A stretch of 64,000 nucleotides of DNA from Camelus ferus (taxonomy: Eukaryota), in assembly GCF_009834535.1 (NCBI RefSeq), contig NC_045707.1:59770001-59834000 (forward strand), written 5' to 3'. Numbering within the stretch: the stretch's first letter is position 1; each line of letters begins with the position of its first letter. Below are positions 54,339 through 64,000 of this stretch, one piece after another. The position numbers were made by a program, and so were the translations under genes. The notes under the pieces are model-generated. The model ran no database searches and was not told where the DNA came from. It saw nothing but the letters and a program-made list of their open reading frames with translations.

Positions 54339-55396
54339 ATGCAAAGAAGGAAAAATTACATTTGTCATAAAAAGTCATTATCATTAATACTTGGTCATTC
54401 ACATAGAGCTGTATTAACAAATTAAAAACAAATTAAAGTAAACAAAACATAGACATCACAAGATTTTTAATTTAAAAAATGAGATGAACTTTTTTTTTGA
54501 AAATCACTTTTAGTTTCATAATTGTGCCCTAAATATTCCATCTTACATGTTCTGTGGGTACCTTCTCGCAGGAAATCACGCTATACAACTTTCTACAGAG
54601 GTGACGCCACATCCTACCACCTGAGTTGCCACTATTAAAGGTTCAGGTTCAAAGAAGCCGAGCAGATATAAAGGATGGCATTTACCAGGGAATGTCACAC
54701 ACTAATTGAATTCTAAAGCCATAATTCATGACAATAATTGAGTTGTTAATGGCTCTAAAAGAACTTGCTCTAGAATGGTCAAATCCCTTCTGAACAACTT
54801 GCCACCTGCTGCCTCGTCTCATGATTTCTAATCTCTTAGCCTTCTCTGCTACTGTTTTATTTTCACTTCAAAATTTATAATTTTGTATTTGTGTTACTCT
54901 AAATGTTCCTGATTTTTAAAAAGACATGATAGAAAAGATGTTCACTCGCATAAATCTTATCAGGATAATACTACTTGCTTCCTTTTAGCACGTGCATGAC
55001 AATAGCCAAGTTTCTATTCTGTTAAATTGAGGTTTCCATTTAATCTGATTTCATTTTGCATTTACCAAGGCTTGACTGACTACTCACTCCAACCATGTAC
55101 CAAGTACTGCGGCAGGTGCTAGGAAAACAAAGAGTAATGTATTTATTCTACCTTAGCCTTCCTGAAATTGTGTTCATTTCCTGTCTGTAATACAATTGTG
55201 ATTCAATACTATTTTTCTGATGTTATTTCAACTAGAATCTTTATTTTTTAATAATCCCATTACTAATATAAAATGTTACTTAGCTTGGCTCAGAAATGAA
55301 AGATTAACATAAGGAAAATAATGGATATAATTGGAAAAAGTATGAAAGAAACCACATTTAGAAGACAACATTATTGCTAATATGTAGGTGTGGTTT

Positions 55397-55834
55397 TGCT
55401 ACTGGAGAATAGGTTCTTGTCTCCCACAGGTAAGAATTGAAGAGCAAAATATAGTAAAGTGAAGGTAAGTTTATTTAGAGAGACACACACTTCATAGACA
55501 GAGTGCAGACTTCTCAGAAGGCAAGAGAGAGTGACCATCAGGTGCAAGGATGTTAGTTTATGGGCTTGGTAATTTCATGTGCTAATGAATATGAGGATTA
55601 TTTCAACTATCTTGGGGAAGGGGCAGGGATTTCCAGTAATTGGGCCCCTGCCCACTTTTTTGGTCTTGTATGGTCAGCCTAGGAACTGTCATGGTGCCTG
55701 TGGGCGTGCCATGAGGCTCAAGGTCTACTGGAAGTCGAATCTTCTGCCATCTTGGTTCTAACCAGTGTGTCCTGTCCTCAAATGCTGTGTCACTCTTTTA
55801 ATGGTTGTGCCCCGCCCCCTTCCCTCCTGTCTCA
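55397..55834 (-). mobile_element. ERV1-class solo LTR with 4-bp TSD
   Basis: TG...CA termini flanked by GTTT at 55393-55396 and 55835-55838. Reverse poly(A) signal (TTTATT) at ~55470. Confidence 0.8.
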
Positions 55835-55949
55835 GTTTAAGACTTTGGTTTTAATTTTAGCAATCGGAACTACTGAAACAAATTCATAAAGTTGTTAACA
55901 CTGAATGAGTGCTTCTTTTCATATGAGGGAGGAAAAGGGGGCAATTTTT

Positions 55950-56170
55950 GAGTGACTATTATTCTAGACACCACACATACATTTTATTATTTATTATTCA
56001 CAACCATCCAGGGATGTAATTAAGATAGCCACCACTTTAACAAAGGAGAAAACTGAGGCCCTATAAAGGTAAATAACTTGCTTAATATCCTTCTGCTACA
56101 CGACAGGGTTGAGAACAGAGTTCATAGCTGCCTGGCTGCATAACCCAAACTCTTTCTATTCTACCATATT
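55950..56170 (-). mobile_element. MIR SINE
   Basis: GAGAAAACTGAGGCCC...AGGTAAATAACTTGC core. Confidence 0.7.
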
Positions 56171-56484
56171 GCCCCACATACAGCAGAGATGAGACTAAAA
56201 TGCGTCTGACTATAGGAAGAAATAAAAAGTGTAAGTTTTAGGAATTTAAAATGTATTTATATTAGAATGATGTTTACAAAGTAGAAAACATTTTAAAGGA
56301 TTTATTGGATTTTAATTACCTTGTTAGAAACGGCAACTGAACATTATCCTTTCTAAAGAACGGATTTTTAGCAGGGCTTTTATGTTCCAAGCCTCATACA
56401 ATCAGCACTAAATTTATCTGCCTCCTTCAGAGTCTCTCATTTGTCAAAGTGACCCAAGGCTTCCCCAGGGCATCAAGCTGAGAC

Positions 56485-56632
56485 AGTTTGTTTCTCAAGT
56501 GTTGTCTGGGAACCATCTGCATCAGAATAACTTGTGAAAGTAAAAAAATATTCAGCTCTATTGATTCTGAATGCTTGAGAAAGGGATCTGAAAATCTATA
56601 TTTTATCAAGCACCATAAATTATTCTGATACA
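56485..56632. mobile_element. MER5A-like hAT MITE
   Basis: TTTCTCAAGTGTTGTCTGGGAACCATCTGCATCAGAATAACTTG...ATTTTATCAAGCACC...ATTCTGAT. Confidence 0.7.
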
Positions 56633-56673
56633 GATAGCCCCTGAAGAGCTTGAAAGGCTGAATGTTAACATAC

Positions 56674-56696
56674 CTTGAAGTCTGATGACTGCTTAT
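56674..56696 (-). CDS. Candidate 23-nt microexon ((D)KQSSDFK)
   Basis: gttttttccctctcag|ATAAGCAGTCATCAGACTTCAAG|gtatgt. Strong acceptor and donor, phase-compatible with the upstream exon. Confidence 0.5.
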
Positions 56697-57075
56697 CTGA
56701 GAGGGAAAAAACAGCTCAGGGTTGGCGATTATTCAGTTTCATTTCAGAATGGCAAATGGGGAAAAAAAAAAAAAACTATGATCACATTAATTTTTTACAT
56801 GATCATCACTCCTGGAGATGGAGACTACAACAAATATTTAGCCCTCCAAAATCTAATAGCTGACTTGGTGCTAATTAGTCCTACTGTGATTTCTGAAAAA
56901 TATCAAAATACTCAAATGCATCATAAAAGTCCAGTAATACAAAACAGATGCATTACTTAAAATGTTGACTCCCCCCCCCCCGTTTTAATTACTACCTTAA
57001 ATAAAAACAGCTAAAATTGAAGGTCTCCTTTAGCAATGGTCATTCAGAAATGTTACCTTTATGATAAATCCTTAC

Positions 57076-57097
57076 CTCCATTTAAGTTCCTATTCAT
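57076..57097 (-). CDS. Candidate coding part of a first exon (MNRNLNG, phase 1)
   Basis: aaaaATGAATAGGAACTTAAATGGAG|gtaagg. A at -3, strong donor, ~90 nt downstream of the X-box. Confidence 0.4.
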
Positions 57098-57185
57098 TTT
57101 TGCTTATTACTACATCTAAACACCAGGAAAGTATTTCTACAATCAGCTCTCAGAGAAAAACATCTAAGTATAGTACATTGCTACA

Positions 57186-57199
57186 GTTGCTAAGGTAAC
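57186..57199. promoter_or_regulatory. RFX X-box
   Basis: GTTGCTAAGGTAAC, an imperfect palindrome fitting the X-box consensus (GTTGCCATGGCAAC type). Confidence 0.55.
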
Positions 57200-58204
57200 C
57201 ACCATCTGCTAGTTAGTCCCTGAAAAGTTTTGAGTTCACAGGCATCTTAACCCACCTTTCTGAAACATCCAACGTAAAAGCCACTGCCTAGAGAAATGTG
57301 CGCTCTCATGAATTGGTTACACATCTCAGACCAGACAGTGTATGGCATCAAAAGAGGTTGATATTTTTAGTTTAAAATTTTCATCACACTCCAGCCGTTG
57401 GTAGAAGACTAGATATGTTCCAAAATGAAATCTTGGATGAGCTCATCCTGATTCATTCAGCGATGTTAGCGTTGCTTTAGCCTGAACACTGGTATCTAAT
57501 GTTGAGCTGAGATTTTTTTTTTCCTGGCAGCAGATGTTCAAGACATGAGAAGAACATATTTTACTTGGAAAAGAAGCAGCAGTTTCAGCAGGAAATGTTA
57601 TCTTTTTTAGACTCGTTAATACTTGGAAATAGTCTGCTCAGTGTGTTGAGATCTTCCATATTCCTAGTGGTAAGGTCTGTAATGATGTTCTCAACTCCAC
57701 CACCTCCTTAACCCTTCTGTTATTCCTGCCTCAAATCACTCCCATGATACACCTCCTGTTATTCTGATTTCAGCTGAGCACTTTCAGAGAAAGGCATGGA
57801 GCTATGTAAATTTGGCCCACAGATAATTCAGATTTTCCAATTTCAGTTAGCATCTTCCAACTTCATAGAAATCCTCTCGTTGACTCCTTATTGATTATGT
57901 AGCACAGTGATCGCAGAAGTCAGCCATAACCTTCCTTGCCCCATGCCCACACATCCCAATTTCACTGAATTTTTCTTTTCTTTTACTGCCTCTCCTTCTT
58001 CGTGACCCATCAGTCTTTAATATTCTCTACAGTCTAACTTCCATTAATGTCCTTCTACTGAAACTTCATTCTCTAAAATCATGCAATTACAATAAACCAG
58101 TTCTTGTAATAACTGTGCATAATGTGACTGCTGGTTTTTAATAATACTTCACTCATGTTCCTGTCTGCTCTTCCTCTGTCTCCTTCACTTACTGATTCCT
58201 CAGT

Positions 58205-58460
58205 AAAATTCAACTGAACAAACAGTCATTGTGTATCTACTATTTTCCTGTCATTAGACTTAGTCCTTAACAGTGAAACAGTGAACAAGGTAACAAGGTC
58301 CTTATCCTCATGGTACCCACAGTCTACTGAGGAAAGCAGACAATGAAAAAGTAATCACAGTATTAAGAAAGAAGTAGCACCAGATACACTGAGCACATAC
58401 AGTGAGCGGGTCTAACCTAATCCAAGGGGTCAGGAGTGGTCTTCAAGAGGAAGAGCCTGA
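58205..58460 (-). mobile_element. L2 3' end
   Basis: ACAGTGAACAAG...GGTCCTTATCCTCATGG...CAGTCTACTGAGGAAAGCAGACAAT. Confidence 0.7.
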
Positions 58461-60129
58461 ATCCTTCTAACTCAAACACCATTCATACCATCTCTTAACC
58501 TGACATGTGCTTCATATAAATTTTTAGCAATGGTAATTTTAAACATATTAATATAGCTTTCAACTTTGTGGACCAGTAGTAATTATGTGGGAGAGCGAAC
58601 TGGAAAGAAAATTTTGAGAAGAAAATGTAACCACTTAAATTTTCCACCTGTTAAAATTGAGCTTGTACATAGACTGTTTAAATGGACATCAGTGGGTTTC
58701 AACTTTCTATAATATTTATATTTCAGTGCATACAGTTTGAAGTGTTATATGACAGTATTATGTTAAATCAATATTTATGATTTGCCAAAAATCTTATCCT
58801 TATGTAGATACAATGAAAAAGTAAGATGTGGATTAAAGTACATTTTTATAAAAATCACTTTGAGGGGATACTCAGTCAAAAGGTTGAAAACCCTATATGA
58901 CATACTGATTTTTTTAAAGTTGTTATTATGCAATGAGGTGATATACAAGACTCTGTCCTGACCCTTAGGTAGCTTATAATCAAGACACTATTATGTCTTT
59001 AATACGAGAACTTACTAACCTACCTAATTTCATACTACTGTTCAGTGGGAGAGTCTAAGAACCCATTTTTTTCTTGTGATTATTCCTTTTCACTATGCTA
59101 GGATGCTTCCATATGCTGTGTTTTTATTTGCTCATACTTGGCTATTCTGGGCAACTAAATAGTCCACTTAAAACTCTGGCAGACATAAGCTTGATTAATT
59201 AAATCTCTTTCATTATCTCTAGGCATTTCCTGGGTCTATTTCCCAACTCTGGCTTGTCGACAGATTCAGACATGTGAGGTGTTTTTAGATTTTAAGTTCT
59301 CGGAAATGAGTTTGGGATGGACCCAGAAGTGGAAGGATAAAATGTTCCCTTAAGGACTTGTGGATAAACTGTGGGCTCTACAGAGCTTTCTTTTCTAAGT
59401 CCACACACACACAAACACACATCCATTCTCATATGTGAACACCTAGTGTATCCAAATAATGAAGAACATCCCTCATAAAAATCAAATAGCAGAACCTAAG
59501 ATAATAAAATGCACCAGGCCACTTCTTTCTGTTTTTGTAACTGATTATCTGTCATAGGAAAAAAAAGAGAGAGAGAGAGAAAGGGAGAGACAGAGAGACA
59601 GAATACTGCTCATCAACTGCTCATGTCCTTCCAGCCTGGAGGTATAAAATTAGAGAACTGGGCTAACCAGAGATAAGACCCAAAAAAATGTCAATAAGAA
59701 AAATCAAATTTTGTACACCTATAGATCAAATCATTATATTGTATACGTGAAACTTATGCAATGTTACGTGTCAACTACATCTCAATAAAACTGGACAAAA
59801 GTAAAAAGAACATTTTGTAAACAGACTGAAGTGTGCATATGTTAATACTTGCAGGAAATTATGGATTCAGTCAATACAAGAGGCACCATGGCTGATGGGA
59901 TAATGAAGATGCACGGGCTGTTATGGAAAAAAGACCCCACTAAGAGGCAATATTGTGTTTTAGACATGCACACACTATTAAATTTGTATCTTCTTTTTTA
60001 AAACTCTCTTACAACCCTATGTTTGTATATTACAAGATAAATCTTAATTAGAAAAGAACTGAGATTTGAAAACTCCTTTAGAGCATTTATGGACAGCTGT
60101 TCTAAGGGAGTAAACATCAGAAATAGAGA

Positions 60130-60300
60130 AATAGGCAGTAATGTGGATTAAGAGCTTGTTATGAAGTCAGATGGATCTGGTTCAAATACTGGCTTCCCTC
60201 TACCACATGCTTATGATCTGCCATAAGTTTTTCAGCCATCTAAGCACACTGTTATCATCTATAAGCGGGGATAATAATACAATGAAATACTACATGGAAA
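60130..60300 (+). mobile_element. MIR SINE
   Basis: GAAGTCAGATGGATCTGGTTCAAATACTGGCT...CATCTATAAGCGGGGATAATAATA. Confidence 0.75.
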
Positions 60301-61147
60301 GTACTCTGCACTCGTGGATGTTATGTGTGGACTCCTCACTGATTTTTGAGGCTTAAAATAGCCTTACAAATTAAAGTCTGGTAATTCAAATATTACACAT
60401 ATATAAAAGGTATAAAACACACTTTTTAAAAAAGAGCCAAACTACACAACCAACTTTAGAACAAAGTCCCTGATTTTAATGCAAAAAAACCAAAACCAAA
60501 ACCAACAAACAAAAACCTTGGCAATCACTATGGCTAAGCCTAATCACTATGGTAGATTTCAGATACTCATGTATCAGGACTCAAAGAGGAGGAAGAGGAA
60601 TTCCACACTTAGATAAATTAATCTCTCTCCGATTATTTATTGACTTTAAAAACTAGACATTATGTTTAGTTGGCAATGCTAAAAAGACACTACGAGCAAG
60701 CAATGGCTCTATGCCTACAGTAAACACTGTCAAAGTCTTCTCAAGTTTCTTAAGCATTCTAAATGACAAGAGTGCAGGGAAGCAAAATATATTCAACATG
60801 TCTGAATTCTTCTATTTATAAACTGTTATGTATAATATGTATACATTATGTACAAACAACTTTTAAAGTGTGTTCATGGGTCCTGCTCGCTAGTAGGCTG
60901 AAAGACTATAGCAAGCAGTTTAAAAAACACTGAAACTGATTATCTTTAATGAGGTTTGAAACAGACTGGCAATGACCTGACAAAAGCCATTTTTAAGAGT
61001 CCTTTGAGACTTCCTCAGAGTGGAGAGCTGACTCTTCAGAGCCATCCCAAAAGGCTCTTGGGAAGTGAAAAGATGTTACACGTGGCAGTTGGATAGGAAG
61101 GATAAAAGTGGATAGGATGGCAATGTACAAATGGATATAGAAACAAC

Positions 61148-61150
<3 letters not shown>

Positions 61151-61198
<48 letters not shown>
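61151..61198. repeat. (TG)24 microsatellite
   Basis: Read directly. Confidence 0.97.
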
Positions 61199-61199
<1 letters not shown>

Positions 61200-61300
61200 T
61201 GGCGGAGTAGGGGGTGTATATTAACAACTAGGCTAGAGAATCTGTCACTGAAGATACTGAATGAACAAAGACAGGAAGTTAAGAGTTCAACATCTGACAA

Positions 61301-61334
61301 TGCAGTTAGACAAATCTACCAGCAGATGGCACAC
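61301..61334 (+). promoter_or_regulatory. Candidate CTCF site with upstream motif
   Basis: CCAGCAGATGGCAC (61319-61332) fits CCASYAGRKGGCRS at every position. TGCAG lies 13 nt upstream. Confidence 0.6.
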
Positions 61335-61559
61335 TTGTCAGGAAACCTGTTTCACTGCACTAAAGAATTGCTCAGACTACGAATTTCATGGCGTGTCACA
61401 ACACACATTGCTTCTAGGAAGCACAGCGAAAAGATGTACGCACGTTTACATACTGGAATTCTTCAATAACCCATTCATAATCATTTTTCACTTAGAGCAG
61501 AGGAAGAATAGTAGGCTCTACATAAGTACAAAGTAATTCTAATTAAGAATTCCAGCTTC

Positions 61560-62930
61560 AGAATCTTGAAAAGGAATAATGAAATTAGAGGATTAACATC
61601 GTCTGATTCTAAGACTTAACTCTAATGCTAAAATAATAACAGTCTGGTACTGGCATAGAGACAAAAAGATCAATGGAACAGAGTAGAGAATCCATAAATG
61701 ACCGAAATGACTTTTGATAAAGGTTTTAATGGAATTCGGTAGGGAAAAAAAAAGTCTTTCCAACATAATTTGCTAGATTAAATATTTATCTGTATAAAAA
61801 AAAACTGAACCTTGATTCATACTTCTAGCCACATGTGAAAATTAATTTAGTTAATTGGGTCTGGATTACAAACCTAAATGTAAAAGCCATACTATACAGT
61901 TCACTGAAAAAAACATAGGAAATTATCTTTGTGATCAATTAGAAAGATTTTTTTAAACAGAACAACAAAAAAGAATAACCATAAAATAAATTATAATAAA
62001 TATGATTTCAAACTTAAAACTTCTGCACCTCGAAAGACACCATTAAGAAAATGAGAAGGCAAACCACAAAATGAGAAAATATTCACGGTGCATAAATCAG
62101 ACACTTGTGCCCAGATTATCTAAATATTACCTACAAATAAATAATGGTGATGATGATCTAACAAGTCAGTTAAAAAAGGGCAAAGGACTTGACACTTCAG
62201 AAAAGAATATATTGGAATACCAGCAAACACATGAAAACATGTGCCTCAGAGAAGCGCAAATAAAAATCACAAGATATCACTTCACATTCATTAGAAGGGC
62301 TAAAGTTAAAAAGCAATAGCATTTAATGTGGGAGAGAGCAATATTACTGGTCAAAGTAGAAAGTTCCTCAACATCTGTGGAAAATCATGAGGCAGGTTCT
62401 TATAAAATTATACACATAACTACCTTATGATCCATTCACTCCAGTCCTATGTATTTACCCAAAATAAATACAAACATGTCTCCGCAAATATTATTCACAA
62501 ATATTCATGGTGATCTTATTCTTAAAACTGTAAACAATTCAGATATCCATCAACAGGAGAAGGATCAGACAACTGTAACATAACAGAGTCATACAATGGG
62601 ACACTATTCAGCGACAATAAGGAATAAACTTCTGATGCAGGGTAAATGGACGAATCTCAAAAACTTTATGCTTAGGAGAACTCAGACATAAAAACATACC
62701 TACTATATAACCCATTGTTGCAATGTTCCAGAACGAACAAAATCGTTCTATGAAGCAAGAAATCAGAGGAAGTACTGCCTTGGGAGAGAATGAGATAAAC
62801 TGGAAAGATAGCAATGCTATGTATCCTGATGGGGGTTTTGGTTACATGGGTACATACATTTATCAAAACTCATTAAACTACATGTAAGATCTGTGAATCT
62901 TACTGTTTGAAACTATACCACCAAGAAAAG
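61560..62930 (+). mobile_element. Ancient L1 (L1MC/ME-like) ORF2 3' part and 3' UTR
   Basis: Decayed ORF2 remnants (WYWH..QWNRVENP-like, LREAQIKITRYHFT) and an L1M-like 3' UTR. Confidence 0.85.
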
Positions 62931-63084
62931 GAGAAAATACCCAACTGAACAGAACACCTTGTATCAGAAACCTACTGAGGAAAAGAAGTTAGTCACTTAA
63001 CATGTTACACTGTTATTTCTTACCTCTTCTTTACTGCAAATGGCACTCATGTGCAGGCAGATACCTGATGCTCGCACCGCCTCT

Positions 63085-63830
63085 ACACTGCCTGTTTCTT
63101 CTCCATCCACTTGACTCTGACCTTCTTCCCATCAATCCACAGACACTATGGTACCTCAAGTCAGCAACTGCCTCTGGTTATTGAAGCTTATAGGTGTATA
63201 CACCACTCCTTATCCTACTGGACTTTCCAATGTCATTTGACACCATTGACCATTCTTTCCTTCTAAAAGACATCTCTTCCTTGTCTTTTCTGACCCTGTC
63301 TTTTCCTGCTTCCTCCACACCTCTCAGGCTGCTGCTTCTCTTATTTTCCCAACAGTTCCTCCACTTCCTCCACTGGTTGGCTTTCCTCAGGGTTCAATCT
63401 CTAGCTTTCTCTTCTCACACTGTACCCTTTTGCTGAGTAGTCTCCTTCACCATCCTGGAGTGAACAATCATTTAAAATGGATAACTCTTAGATTTTTTTT
63501 TAAACTGTCCTTTGGGTCTCTCTCCTGAGCCCCAGACTCATACACTTCCCTCCTACAAGTGAAACAAACTCAACAGGACCCAAAAGGAACTCAACGTCCT
63601 ATTCACCTTGTATGTGTTCTGTCTTAGAGAATGGCATCAATTTCTACCCATTCATTGGTAAGTTCTCCCAAAGACTCAACCTCTCATTCATCTCATCATA
63701 TCCATTCAACACCAATAGCTATCAAGCCTCCTCCTAATACCATCCTATCCTTCATCGTTTCCCCAGACTCTCCAGGGGTGCCCTCACACAAGCAGAGGCC
63801 TTCACCATCTCTTACTTAGACTACTGTCAT
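63085..63830 (+). mobile_element. L2 fragment (RT region)
   Basis: Translates as LILLDFPMSFDTIDHSFLL, resembling the L2 RT motif LDLSAAFDTVDHSLLL. Confidence 0.8.
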
Positions 63831-64000
63831 GTTCAAATGCACCAACCATCTCAGTAATACTGCAATTTAAAAGAGCTAAATACAAAGTCCTGAAAGGGGG
63901 TTAAAAACAAAAAAAAAGAGCCAGAGCTAGGGAACTACAAATTCAAATGAGTTAACATTGAATAGTAACTGCTCAGAAGTCTAATATAGACACAATCATA

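Noticed and set aside
61036..61469. ORFs with HTHTHT / VCVCVC runs
   Set aside because: Translations of the (TG)24 microsatellite.
1..64000. CRISPR arrays, operons, tRNA/rRNA genes, processed pseudogenes of host genes
   Set aside because: None seen. The sequence is mammalian and repeat-rich, and the only RT is the ordinary LINE RT.

Overview
AT-rich mammalian genomic DNA dominated by interspersed repeats. I see no Alu, B1/B2, BovB/Bov-tA, PRE1 or SINEC, and the young L1 3' UTR resembles camelid L1 from memory, so a laurasiatherian, probably camelid, source is my inference. The main feature is a full-length ~7.1 kb LINE-1 (28968-36078, +). It has a perfect 16-bp TSD, a CpG-rich 5' UTR with a YY1 site, ORF1 and ORF2 with EN/RT/Cys motifs, and a poly(A) tail, but is disabled by 5 frameshifts and 1 nonsense codon. 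Older L1s, L2, L3/CR1, MIR, hAT MITEs, MaLR/ERV solo LTRs and microsatellites fill much of the rest. I recognise no host gene by name. The best non-repeat signal is a candidate minus-strand spliced gene: an RFX X-box (57186-57199), an ATG-bearing exon (57097-57076), a 23-nt microexon (56696-56674) and a distant 53-nt exon (22175-22123), which join in frame. Also notable are an 86-bp locally templated duplication and two strong CTCF motifs. Nothing here is a demonstrably new biological system. The exon chain is a hypothesis, and repeat subfamily names are recalled from consensus sequences and need RepeatMasker confirmation.
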